A program made the translations under genes and the position numbers. A stretch of DNA of 64,000 bases. Origin: an uncultured Spirochaetaceae bacterium. GTDB taxonomy: Bacteria > Spirochaetota > Spirochaetia > SZUA-6 > DRHE01. The stretch spans positions 6,955 through 70,954 of the forward strand of contig CAZVHJ010000018.1 of NCBI GenBank assembly GCA_964627715.1, written 5' to 3'. How positions within the stretch are numbered: position 1 is the stretch's first letter; every line of letters starts with the position of its first letter. The notes beneath the pieces are model-generated. The model searched no databases. It was given only the letters and a program-made list of their open reading frames with translations, and was not told the origin of the DNA. Positions 18,457 to 27,468 of this stretch are shown here, one piece after another.

Positions 18457-19323
18457 CTATCCTTTCAAGGCACCCGCTGATATCCCGCTGATAAAATCCC
18501 TCTGCATCAACCACATGATCAACAAAACGGGAAATACAACGACGCATCCCATCGCAGCCATAGGTCCCCAGATCAAAGCTTTGTCCGTGATGAAACCCGC
18601 TATAAGCACGGTCAGCGGTTTTGACCTGTTTACAGTGAGAATGACGGCATAGAGAAACTCGTTCCAGCTATAAACAAAAGTAAGCATCCCCGTCGCAATT
18701 AAGCCGGACTTTACCATTGGTGTTGTAACGTACAGATATCTCTGCGGCAAGGTGCAGCCGTCCAACATGCTCTGTTCTTCCACTTCGAAGGGAGCCTCCT
18801 GGTAGAAACCGATCATCAGGAGAATCACAAGCGGAAGATTGAAGCTGGTGTTCATAATGACAAGGGAGAGAACGTTATCCATCAGCCGGAGGGAACGAAT
18901 GATATAGAACACAGGGACCGCAACGACGATAGCCGGATACATCTTTTGAACGAGAAACCAGCTGGCAAAGACCCCTTTTATCCTGCGGGGAAGAGCTCCG
19001 TTGATAAGAGCATATGAAGCCATGCTTCCGAATACTACGGTAAAGATCGTGGCTCCGGATGCAATCATGATCGAATTTATCAATCCTTTGAAAACTTCAT
19101 ACTTCTGCACGATATCGAGAAAATTCTGCCCTGTTATGCGGGAGGGAAACATAACTGGAGGATTGGAGAAATAGTCCTGCTCCAATTTGAAGGCATTGGT
19201 GATCATCCAGTAGAAAGGAAAAAGGATCACGATAAAGAGAATGACCAGGATGATGATCCGCGTAGGGAACCCGATGAAGTTGCTTAGATAACTCTGTCTG
19301 ACTCTTCTTGAACCAAGTCGCAT
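18457..19323 (-). CDS. Carbohydrate ABC transporter permease (MalG-like)
   Basis: The real start is the ATG at 19323, 2 nt after the upstream stop. The ORF-track N-terminal extension to 19767 overlaps the upstream permease in another frame. Multi-TM protein with an EAA-like loop (EEQSMLDGCTLPQRY). Confidence 0.85.
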   Translation of the reverse strand: MRLGSRRVRQSYLSNFIGFPTRIIILVILFIVILFPFYWMITNAFKLEQDYFSNPPVMFPSRITGQNFLDIVQKYEVFKGLINSIMIASGATIFTVVFGSMASYALINGALPRRIKGVFASWFLVQKMYPAIVVAVPVFYIIRSLRLMDNVLSLVIMNTSFNLPLVILLMIGFYQEAPFEVEEQSMLDGCTLPQRYLYVTTPMVKSGLIATGMLTFVYSWNEFLYAVILTVNRSKPLTVLIAGFITDKALIWGPMAAMGCVVVFPVLLIMWLMQRDFISGISAGALKG

Positions 19324-19325
19324 AG

Positions 19326-20231
19326 TTATCCCAGCCTCTTTAACTGAAAGCTTCTCAGGCGAATAAACACCCCGGCGATCAGTGACATGGCGATGATGAA
19401 TAAAATCGCCGTAGCAGATGAGTAGCCTACGTCGAGGAATTTTATTCCTTGCCTGTAAATATAGGTCGGCAACATCTCGGTTGCGTTGCCCGGACCTCCC
19501 TGAGTCATGACAAAAACCACGTCGAATATCTTGAAAGCATCGATGAAGCGAATCATGGCAACGATGATAATTACAGGCGACGTTATCGGCAGCACCACTT
19601 TTGTAAACACTTTCCATGGAGAGGCGCCGTCCACCCGCGCAGCGTCCAGGAAACTTTGGGGAATCGACTTGATGGATGAAAGCACCAACAGGGCTACGAA
19701 CGGAATAAACTGCCAGCAGTCTACAAAAACCACGGTGTATAGAGCGATGCGGTAGTCGCCGATCCACGACACCGGCGGGAGCCCCACAAAACTGAGCAGA
19801 TAGTTCACCACCCCGTAAGTCCTGTCAACCATCATCCGCCACAGCGTTCCTGAAGCTACGGGGGCTATGATCATGGGAACCATCAAAAAGGTTGTAAGTA
19901 CCCGGCTCATCCTGTTGTCGTCGGAAAGCATCATGGCCACCATGACTCCGATTACCAGCTCAATAGAAACAGAGAGCAGAGCAAAAAGAATATTGTTTGT
20001 CAGAGATTTAATAAAAATCTCGTCCCGAAACATGTTGAAGTAATTCTGCAGCCCGATGAATGCCGGTCTCGATGTGGCAATCGTCAGCTTGTAACGATGA
20101 AAGCTTAATACCAATCCGTATCCGAGGGGAATAAAAGCGGCAATCATCAGTACTACTACAACGGGCAGAAGAAACGCCCAAGACCAGATCCGGTCGGATG
20201 TGGTTTGGTGAATGCGTCTGGAAATCAGCAT
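19326..20231 (-). CDS. Carbohydrate ABC transporter permease (MalF-like)
   Basis: 301 aa with six predicted TM stretches and an EAA loop (LDAARVDGASPWKVFTKVVLP). Confidence 0.85.
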   Translation of the reverse strand: MLISRRIHQTTSDRIWSWAFLLPVVVVLMIAAFIPLGYGLVLSFHRYKLTIATSRPAFIGLQNYFNMFRDEIFIKSLTNNILFALLSVSIELVIGVMVAMMLSDDNRMSRVLTTFLMVPMIIAPVASGTLWRMMVDRTYGVVNYLLSFVGLPPVSWIGDYRIALYTVVFVDCWQFIPFVALLVLSSIKSIPQSFLDAARVDGASPWKVFTKVVLPITSPVIIIVAMIRFIDAFKIFDVVFVMTQGGPGNATEMLPTYIYRQGIKFLDVGYSSATAILFIIAMSLIAGVFIRLRSFQLKRLG

Positions 20232-20310
20232 CGATTTCTCATCCTCCTAAAACGGTTAGACCTCTCATAAAGAGAGGTCTAACCATTATAATCAATAGTC
20301 CAAGAGGACT

Positions 20311-21606
20311 CTACCTTCCTGTGTTCTTCACTCCCGGAGCAGGTGGATACTCCTCCAGAACCTTGGCGAGACCGGCCTCCATGAACTGCACCGACCTCTC
20401 CAGGTCCCACTGTCCGGTAACGTAATTGGCCACCGCGTCTCTGATTGTAGTCTCTGCCATCGTGCCGGCGGGGATCCGCCACCAGATGATCGCGCCCTGA
20501 TCGGAAGCTTTCTTGTGGGGATAGAGCTTGTCGTTCTTTACCTCCGGCTTCTCCCAGACAGACTGCCTGGAGGGCAGGATTGAGTAATCCGTGAAATTCT
20601 TGAGCTGTTTCTCCGCACTGGTGTAAAACTTTATCCACTCCCAGGCCGCATCTTTGTTTTTGGCCGCCTTGGGGATGCCGATGTCCCAGGAGGAGAGTAC
20701 AGTCACTCCATTTTTCGCATACGGTATGGGAGCGATTGCCCACTTATTCACAACCTTTGATTTCTCAGGGTTATCCCCATTAGGAGCAATGGACAGGGTC
20801 GGCCAGGAGAAAGCAATACCTGCATTACCGTTGAGGAAGGCGGCGTCCGATTCGGGCAGACCCCAAGCTGGAGCGGCAGGATCTGCGTAGTCAAACCATC
20901 GTTTCGTGATCTTCAGCGCTTCCCGTGTTTCCGGAGAATCTAAAGTAAGATTCCAATTCTCGTCAGCCCAGCGACCGCCGAGAGACCACTGCACCATCAT
21001 CCATAGACCACTGAGCTGTTCCTTCAAACCGGGAATGGCGATTGCATAGAGGTTTGGGGGATCGTGGATTTCCTCACAAACCTCAAAAAAATCATCCCAG
21101 TTCTCTGGAAACTCGTCTATCAAATCCGTACGGTAAGCTAAAGTTTGAGGTGTGTTGGAAAAGGGGAAGCCCATGATTTTTCCAGCCCACTTCCCGGACT
21201 GCTCCCAAAGCCCCGGCAAAAAGTCCGAAGTGTCGAAGTTATCCCGTTTGATGTAGGGCTCAAGGTCCTCCATGAAAGGCTCAAACTCACCGTCCCACTG
21301 ACAGGCGGGCGTGACAACATCGTATGTGCTGTCTTCCGTGGACAGGGCTAAACCCATTTTTTCATACAGAGTGAGGTACGGGAAGTCAACAACTTCAATC
21401 TCGCAGCCTGTTTTTTCTGTGAACTCCGCCGAATACTTTTTGGCGGCCTCAGCATAGGTTGCCGAGAAATAGAGTACGGTAATTTTCTGACCGGCGAAAG
21501 GCTTGCCCTCGACTGCTGTGGATGGTTCCTTCCCTCCCCCAGCGAAGGCGACAGTGGCAAGACCAACTACCAATACGATGGTTATCAGTATCTGGATCTT
21601 TTTCAT
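20311..21606 (-). CDS. Carbohydrate ABC transporter substrate-binding protein (family 1)
   Basis: AAGGAG RBS before the ATG at 21606. Signal peptide MKKIQILITIVLVVGLATVAFA|GGG. About 430 aa, W/Y-rich SBP-like sequence. Confidence 0.85.
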   Translation of the reverse strand: MKKIQILITIVLVVGLATVAFAGGGKEPSTAVEGKPFAGQKITVLYFSATYAEAAKKYSAEFTEKTGCEIEVVDFPYLTLYEKMGLALSTEDSTYDVVTPACQWDGEFEPFMEDLEPYIKRDNFDTSDFLPGLWEQSGKWAGKIMGFPFSNTPQTLAYRTDLIDEFPENWDDFFEVCEEIHDPPNLYAIAIPGLKEQLSGLWMMVQWSLGGRWADENWNLTLDSPETREALKITKRWFDYADPAAPAWGLPESDAAFLNGNAGIAFSWPTLSIAPNGDNPEKSKVVNKWAIAPIPYAKNGVTVLSSWDIGIPKAAKNKDAAWEWIKFYTSAEKQLKNFTDYSILPSRQSVWEKPEVKNDKLYPHKKASDQGAIIWWRIPAGTMAETTIRDAVANYVTGQWDLERSVQFMEAGLAKVLEEYPPAPGVKNTGR

Positions 21607-21739
21607 TGAAAAACTCCTTTTATAATTTTGGATTCTTTGGGTAGCTTCCCTTAAGGCTCTACTCGTGCCGGGACTGGCGCGAATCGAATTTTTCATAGAC
21701 ACCTCCTTGTCTCTGAAATGCTCTGTTGGGATGACTATG

Positions 21740-21768
21740 ATTTTAGAGGCTCATCAGCAAGTTGTCAA
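21740..21768 (-). promoter_or_regulatory. Sigma-70-like promoter for the SBP/permease/ROK operon
   Basis: Read on the minus strand: TTGACA (21768-21763), 17-nt spacer, TAAAAT (21745-21740). Confidence 0.55.
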
Positions 21769-21816
21769 TACTTTTTTCATTTATTCAATTATGTATCCAA
21801 TTTTAATTATATTTTA

Positions 21817-21845
21817 TTGACAGAATGAAAATATCACCCTAATAT
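21817..21845 (+). promoter_or_regulatory. Sigma-70-like promoter for URO-D P3/epimerase
   Basis: TTGACA (21817-21822), 17-nt spacer, TAATAT (21840-21845), about 50 nt upstream of the ATG at 21897. Confidence 0.55.
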
Positions 21846-21896
21846 ACTTAAAAATATTACACTAATTATTTTAACGACGAGGATTTATACGGGGGA

Positions 21897-22928
21897 ATGC
21901 ATTCAAAAGCGAAAATAATTGAAAACGCTCTTCTAAAACAAAAAACAAGCCGCTTTCCCTGCTTTCCCTTAATCGACATAGCCTTTGCCTCTTCCTACTC
22001 AGGACAATTGATGCGGGAGGTTCAATTAGACCCCAATCTTCACGCAAGTGCTTTGAGCAAATGCGCTGTGGAATTACCCGTAGACGGCGTATACATCAAT
22101 CTCTGTCTAGATGCCGGTCAGGGGGATCGAATCAGCGACAGTGAAAATAAACTCGACGAGTCACTTAATCTCGTGATTCCGGAGAATGATGTGCTATCCA
22201 TATCCTCTACAGAAATCACATCCCTCGATGACGAGAGAGTCATTAAAGCCGAGCTTTTCCATCCCGGTATATTGGCCACATTCAACAAAATCGATGATAA
22301 CATCAAGGCCAATTATGCAGTTGCAGTAGGAGTAACCGGAACATTCTCTCAGGTTGCCTTTCTGGCCGGAATATCGGAATTCATGATGGCGCTTCTCGAT
22401 CAGCCCGACATCGTACACCAGGTCCTTAAAAGACGGCACCAGATCGTCATCCGGCAGGTGCAGGAGCTCTGCGCTGCCGGGGCCCGCTTCATTTGGATAG
22501 GAGAGGGGCTGGGGTCCGGAAGTTTGATCAGCCCGGATCAATATCGAGAATTTGTGTTACCCTATGAGATTGAAATTGCCGAAGAGATACGGAAAAACGG
22601 AGCGTTGTCGCTACTTCATATTTGCGGGAATGTCACTAATGCTCTTCCCGATATAGCGAAGTGTTCTGCGGATGGTTTTGACCTGGATTATCCCGTGGAC
22701 CTGGCCGTTGCTTTCGAAATGCTACTGCCGGATGTTACCGTAAAAGGAAATATCAATCCACGGCTATTCATGAAAGGCTTCTCTGATCAGCTAAAACAAT
22801 CCTGTCTCCAGGCAAAAGACATTGCTGCAGATAGAATCGGTTACATAATGTCTACCGGGTGTCTGGTACCCAGAGACTCGGCGACGGAATCATTCCACAT
22901 CATGGCGGAAGTCTGCAGGTATGACTGA
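21897..22928 (+). CDS. URO-D-fold protein, paralog P3
   Basis: 343 aa with LLHICGN (H-x-C-G) and a later STGCLVP Cys. Overall collinear with P1. Confidence 0.75.
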   Translation: MHSKAKIIENALLKQKTSRFPCFPLIDIAFASSYSGQLMREVQLDPNLHASALSKCAVELPVDGVYINLCLDAGQGDRISDSENKLDESLNLVIPENDVLSISSTEITSLDDERVIKAELFHPGILATFNKIDDNIKANYAVAVGVTGTFSQVAFLAGISEFMMALLDQPDIVHQVLKRRHQIVIRQVQELCAAGARFIWIGEGLGSGSLISPDQYREFVLPYEIEIAEEIRKNGALSLLHICGNVTNALPDIAKCSADGFDLDYPVDLAVAFEMLLPDVTVKGNINPRLFMKGFSDQLKQSCLQAKDIAADRIGYIMSTGCLVPRDSATESFHIMAEVCRYD

Positions 22929-22933
22929 ATCCA

Positions 22934-24142
22934 ATGATGAACAAAGGGGAGAGGTTCATGAATAAAAAACGAATGCAGAGTTTGAGTGAGCACTTTTACA
23001 CGGAACTGGTAAACAACACGATGCCGTTTTGGATCGAGCACGCCACTGATAAACAATACGGAGGTTTTGCTACGTTCCTCGATCGGAAGGGAGAGATACT
23101 CAGTCCGGATAAATCCATGTGGGTGATGGGTAGAATCAGTTGGGTGCTTTCCAGGCTCTACAACGATCTCGAACACAGAGAGGAATGGCTTACCCTTGCC
23201 CGCCGTGGTATTGAGTACATCCGCAAGTACGGCTTTGACAAAGACGGAAGGATGTTCTACGCGGTGACGCGGGATGGAAAACCACTACGTAAAAGAAGAT
23301 ATCTGTTCACAGAGACCTTCGGGGTCATCGCTCTTGCCGAATACGCTCGGGCATCTGATGATGATGGCTGCCTAAGACTTGCTAAGAAGACGATGGATCT
23401 GATTATTGATCTGTACAACAAACCAGGCGCACTGGAACCTAAGTTTTATCCCGATGCCCTGAAAACCCGGGGACATTCCATGGCCATGATCCAGATAAAC
23501 ACACTCCAAGTACTGAGGAGCGCCGACAAGAACGGGATGTACGATGCCCGGATTGACAATGCGATCGAAGAGATATTTCGCTATTTTGTCAAACCCGAGA
23601 AGAAGGTGCTCCTCGAGACTGTCGGCGAAAACGGCGAGTACCTCGGAACCCTGCCGGAAGGCCGTTGCGTGAACCCGGGCCATGCAATCGAGACGGCCTG
23701 GTTCATCATGGAGGAAGGCCGGCAACGGAAAGACATAGAATTGGTAAAACGGGCTTTGCCCATACTGGATTGGTCCCTCGAATTGGGATGGGACGCCAAA
23801 CACGGTGGGATTCTCTATTTTGTTGATATCGAGGGAAGACAGCCCATCCAGCTGGAATGGGATATGAAGTTATGGTGGCCCCATAACGAGGCAATCTATG
23901 CCACTCTGCTGGCCTACGCTCTCACGGGTGAAGAGAAATATTCAAGCTGGTTCGAAAAAATACTCGGCTGGTCTTTGAAACACTTCCCCGATAAAGAACA
24001 CGGGGAATGGATCGGATATTTGCACCGTGACGGAACTCTGGCTCTCGATCTAAAAGGAAATTACTTCAAAGGTCCCTTCCACCTGCCACGGCAACAATTG
24101 TTCTGCCACCTGTTGCTAAAAGAGATGCTGTCGAAAGCGTAA
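22934..24142 (+). CDS. N-acylglucosamine 2-epimerase (AGE) superfamily sugar epimerase/isomerase
   Basis: About 400 aa, (alpha/alpha)6-barrel-like, with PFWIEHATDKQYGGF, NPGHAIETAWF, WWPHNEA and GEWIGYLHRDG motifs. Alternative ATG at 22958 follows GGGGAGAGG. Confidence 0.8.
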   Translation: MMNKGERFMNKKRMQSLSEHFYTELVNNTMPFWIEHATDKQYGGFATFLDRKGEILSPDKSMWVMGRISWVLSRLYNDLEHREEWLTLARRGIEYIRKYGFDKDGRMFYAVTRDGKPLRKRRYLFTETFGVIALAEYARASDDDGCLRLAKKTMDLIIDLYNKPGALEPKFYPDALKTRGHSMAMIQINTLQVLRSADKNGMYDARIDNAIEEIFRYFVKPEKKVLLETVGENGEYLGTLPEGRCVNPGHAIETAWFIMEEGRQRKDIELVKRALPILDWSLELGWDAKHGGILYFVDIEGRQPIQLEWDMKLWWPHNEAIYATLLAYALTGEEKYSSWFEKILGWSLKHFPDKEHGEWIGYLHRDGTLALDLKGNYFKGPFHLPRQQLFCHLLLKEMLSKA

Positions 24143-24205
24143 AAAAAGCTTTACAACTCACTTTTGATCTGCTATGCTATCATTAATCATCCTTGGGAGG
24201 GGAAC

Positions 24206-24382
24206 ATGGATAGCGGCAAAAAAGAGCTTCTCAAGAAAGCCGTGTCGCTGCACGGCAAAATCCTGCCGACGCGGACGCGGAGGTCTCTTGAGGAATGTTT
24301 CACAACCGAAGAGTCCAAACTCATATTCTGGTTCAACGACGAGACAGGGACAACCAAGGTGCTCATCAAGGAGCAAGCCTAG
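24206..24382 (+). CDS. Small hypothetical protein (58 aa)
   Basis: GGGAGGGG RBS 5 nt before the ATG at 24206. No recognisable motif. The stop overlaps the convergent symporter stop. Confidence 0.4.
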   Translation: MDSGKKELLKKAVSLHGKILPTRTRRSLEECFTTEESKLIFWFNDETGTTKVLIKEQA

Positions 24383-26028
24383 GTGGGTTTGGCAACCTTC
24401 CGAGACCCCTTCGGTTTGCGCCCTCTCGCTTCTCGTAATATGAATACCTTGTAGACTACGCTGAGGATGATCCCCAGACCTATATAGTACCAGACCCAAA
24501 GGGGCAGCCCGATAACAAGCATGGGCTGTCGGTTCCAGGCCCAGAAGTCATTGCCTAGTATGAACAGTGCCGCGAAAACCAGCACCCAGGGCCAAACGCC
24601 GGGGTGGACCGGAGCGACAACACCCGTGTTTTCTCCGGGTGGGTTACTTAGAAGGCTGACGGCAATGAATACGAGAGTCGTTGCTGCGAGAATAGGGACA
24701 ACCGGAAGAATCCCCGGAGCGCTTAACAGCTTGAAGTAGAAGGCCAATACCAGCCCTTCCCCGGCAACGATGCTGGCCGCCGCTGCGTACCGATTGGCCC
24801 TCTTCCAGTACAGACCTCCGATCACAGTCGGTGCAAGCACCACCAGCCCGTTGAAAGTGGTTTTGCTGATAAAATCCAGGATCGTCTGCGGCGGCTTGAC
24901 GGCTATTAAAAATCCCAGCGCTCCGAGAAGCACGATGACTCCTTTTTCTTTCAGTATTTCCCTCTTTTTGAAACGGACGAAGTCTACCGTGATCAAGGAC
25001 GTCAGGGTGAGCAGCTGGGAATCCATGGTGGACATCAGCGCTGCCAGACTACCGGTGATGAGCAAAGTGCTGACAAAGACTCCAGCGAAGCGTTGCAGCA
25101 GCAGAGGAAAAACAGCGTCGGATTCGGCGGGAGAAAGATTGGCGAAGGTGTGCCTGCCCAGCACCCCAATAGACACGGTCAGGAAGAAGAGAAAGGTCGT
25201 GATCAAGGGATAGAGGACCACCGTAGTTTTGAGAGACTTCTCATCCTTGGCTGCGATGAAACGCTGGAAGAGCTGCGGAAACATGGGATCGGCGAAGAAC
25301 CAGAGGAAGAGGTAGCCGAACCAGATCCCGAACAGCATCGATCCGTCCTGACCCGGTCGGGCGAACAGGGCTGGAAAAGAAGCGTAGACCTCTTCGTGAG
25401 CCCTCACGAATCCCCCGCTTTTACGAAAGATGATAATGAAGGCGGCCAGAGTAAAACCAATCATCATCAGGGCCTGGATCAGGTCCGTCCACACAATCGA
25501 GCGCATTCCCCCCAGGGCAACGTAGACCACGATGAACGTCGTGATCAGTAGGGCCCCGGACAGGTAAGGGATCCCAACCAGAGCATTGAGGGATTTCCCG
25601 CTGGCTATGGCTTGAATGGCGATATACGGCAGAGTGAACACGATCATGACGATGGAGAAAAGCTTCTTCAACCATGGGGCCCCATAACGATCGGTAATGA
25701 AGTCGGAAGGGGTGATATAGCCCCGCTCTTTGGACAACGAAAGGATCCGTTTCCCGATCAACAGGAAGGACAGAGCCATGAATCCGGTGCCGAAGCCCAT
25801 GACCGGGTAGAAGGCATAGCCGATCCTGTATCCCGCGCCGGATAGCCCGAAGATGGTAAAGGCGCTGAAATTGGTGGCCGCCATGGTGAAAAAGAGCAGA
25901 AGCCTGCCCACCCCTCTGCCGGCCAAAAAAAACTCAACCTTGTTTGTAGACGCACGTTTTCGAAACACGATCCCGATGATCAGGGTGATAGCCAGATACG
26001 CAAGAATAATACTCAGCCGCTGCCACAT
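24379..26028 (-). CDS. Sodium:solute symporter family (SSF) transporter
   Basis: About 549 aa with 13 or more hydrophobic segments and SSF-like patterns (FFLAGR, GGMRSIVWTD). The ATG at 26028 is preceded by GGAGGGA. Confidence 0.8.
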   Translation of the reverse strand: MWQRLSIILAYLAITLIIGIVFRKRASTNKVEFFLAGRGVGRLLLFFTMAATNFSAFTIFGLSGAGYRIGYAFYPVMGFGTGFMALSFLLIGKRILSLSKERGYITPSDFITDRYGAPWLKKLFSIVMIVFTLPYIAIQAIASGKSLNALVGIPYLSGALLITTFIVVYVALGGMRSIVWTDLIQALMMIGFTLAAFIIIFRKSGGFVRAHEEVYASFPALFARPGQDGSMLFGIWFGYLFLWFFADPMFPQLFQRFIAAKDEKSLKTTVVLYPLITTFLFFLTVSIGVLGRHTFANLSPAESDAVFPLLLQRFAGVFVSTLLITGSLAALMSTMDSQLLTLTSLITVDFVRFKKREILKEKGVIVLLGALGFLIAVKPPQTILDFISKTTFNGLVVLAPTVIGGLYWKRANRYAAAASIVAGEGLVLAFYFKLLSAPGILPVVPILAATTLVFIAVSLLSNPPGENTGVVAPVHPGVWPWVLVFAALFILGNDFWAWNRQPMLVIGLPLWVWYYIGLGIILSVVYKVFILREARGRKPKGSRKVAKPT

Positions 26029-26059
26029 GGTTCCCTCCATTTTTGCGGCTCCACTCGGT

Positions 26060-26108
26060 GGTAGAAAAAGAAAGCCACCCAGAGCTGCAGAACGGGTCTG
26101 GATGGCTT
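26060..26108 (-). terminator. Terminator-like hairpin + U-tract inside the symporter 5' leader (possible attenuator)
   Basis: Minus strand: AAGCCAtCCAGA-13 nt loop-TCTGGgTGGCTT followed by TCTTTTTCT, ending about 30 nt before the start codon. No minus-strand gene lies upstream that it could terminate. Confidence 0.45.
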
Positions 26109-26367
26109 CTTCATCAGCCTAGAGCATAACCCGAGAGATTCGTAGTGATTTGCCTTAGTATAGCGGGTCATCGCGGGGCTGACAAGGGCGGTTCTGGGCA
26201 TTTGGGGTGCCGGGGATGTGTTGACCTACCATACCTTCCACCCTGGCATCCGACCGTATTGAGACTAACAGTCGTTATCATTTCCCCACAATTCAGATAA
26301 CGTTGTACCCGGCCGCGAGGTTCCCACCGGCAACTGTCAGCAAGGCGTCGTCGACCGAAAGCGATTC

Positions 26368-26640
26368 TTGAGGTGCCGCGGCAGTTCATCCGGGTTGTTC
26401 TACGGCATATTGATACAGATGTATTACGACGATCACAATCCGCCGCATTTCCATGCGATCTATAGTGCCTACAAGGCCGTGATCGCTATTCAGGACTTCG
26501 CCATACTTGAAGGAGACCTGCCTCCTAAGGCCGTTGGTCTAGTGATGGAATGGGCAAGGGAGCACAAGAACGACCTGCTGAAGGAATGGGATCTGGCCAG
26601 AAAGAAGCAGTCCCTGTTTCAGATCGAACCCCTCGAATAA
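26368..26640 (+). CDS. DUF4160-family protein
   Basis: FYGILIQMYYDDHNPPHFHAIY is the signature N-terminus of the DUF4160 family. The start codon is uncertain. Confidence 0.7.
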   Translation: MRCRGSSSGLFYGILIQMYYDDHNPPHFHAIYSAYKAVIAIQDFAILEGDLPPKAVGLVMEWAREHKNDLLKEWDLARKKQSLFQIEPLE

Positions 26641-26653
26641 TAGGAGAGACGAC

Positions 26654-26881
26654 ATGTTCTTCGACGTTACGGAAGCACAATACATCGATAATTACAGGAT
26701 AAGGTTGAGCTTTGAGGATGGGTCTACCGGCATCGCCGATCTTTCTGACTACCCTAACGAAAACAATGTTTTTCGCTCGTTCCTCGGCATGAACTATTTC
26801 AGAGACTTCCGAATCGAGTACGGGACTATTCCGAGGCGCTTCACCATCTGTCAGCAACAAATGAAGACAATAGGCTCGTAG
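26654..26881 (+). CDS. DUF2442-family protein (C-terminus apparently aberrant)
   Basis: VTEAQYIDNYRIRLSFEDGSTGIADLSDY matches the DUF2442 pattern. The tail after EYGTI diverges from what I recall of the family. Confidence 0.6.
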   Translation: MFFDVTEAQYIDNYRIRLSFEDGSTGIADLSDYPNENNVFRSFLGMNYFRDFRIEYGTIPRRFTICQQQMKTIGS

Positions 26882-27400
26882 AACCACAGCAGCAGCGCTC
26901 TGCCTTTGTTAGTCTGTGGGGATGAAGGCGAGAAGGAGGATCTGCTGCCTGTTCTTCTTCGGATTCGATCAGATAGCGCTTAAGCGTCTCGGCAAGACAA
27001 GGAGAGGTCAGCCCGGAAGATAGAAACGACTCGAGGTCTTCCATGATCGGGATCGGCGGGACCCCCCCCACACAGCGAAAGGTATCCCGGGTCATAAAGA
27101 TGGACTGGTCCCCGTAAGGGGTGAAGGACAGACGCTTACGGCCGTTGAGGTAGGCCAGCCAGGTATTTAACAGAGGGCTAGCGCCAATCACCCCCAAGGA
27201 GAAGGCTCCAGCGTCCTGGCTACCAGACCAATCCCTGCTTTAGGAAGAATCGTATCCACGTGCATTATTTCGCTGTCTTCTATCCCCCGAAGCTTACGGA
27301 GATGCGTGAAACAAGCGTTGATATTTTCACACTCTTTATATACGGGGATGACGATCGAGCATCGGGGAGGAGGATCGATGAGCGTCAACTCACTGCCTCC
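26841..27400 (-). pseudogene. Fragmented family-2 glycosyltransferase remnant
   Basis: The N-terminal piece CSIVIPVYKECENI...EIMHVD and the C-terminal piece TPYGDQSIFMTRDTFRCVGGVPPIPIMEDLE lie in two different frames. The central catalytic portion is missing. Confidence 0.45.
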
Positions 27401-27468
27401 GCTCCGGGATGATCCAGATCTTCTCAGGTGGAAGGGAAAAGGCGACCCGCCTACCCTCCAAAGCGGCG

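Noticed and set aside
18457-19767. ORF-track 436-aa version of the MalG-like permease.
   Set aside because: The first 148 codons overlap the upstream permease in another frame and are Arg/His/Cys-rich nonsense. The ATG at 19323, 2 nt after the upstream stop, gives a normal 288-aa permease.
21763-21822. 8-bp inverted repeat TGTCAATA...TATTGACA, considered as a regulator operator.
   Set aside because: It is better explained as the two -35 hexamers of divergent promoters, each with a 17-nt spacer and a good -10 box.
26311-26345. GGTTCCCACCGGCAACTGTCAGCAAGG, reminiscent of the GCCACTG-type core of cobalamin riboswitches (plus strand, upstream of DUF4160).
   Set aside because: No B12 box (AGCCAGGAGACCTGCC-like) or the other conserved helices follow. 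The downstream gene is not B12-related.
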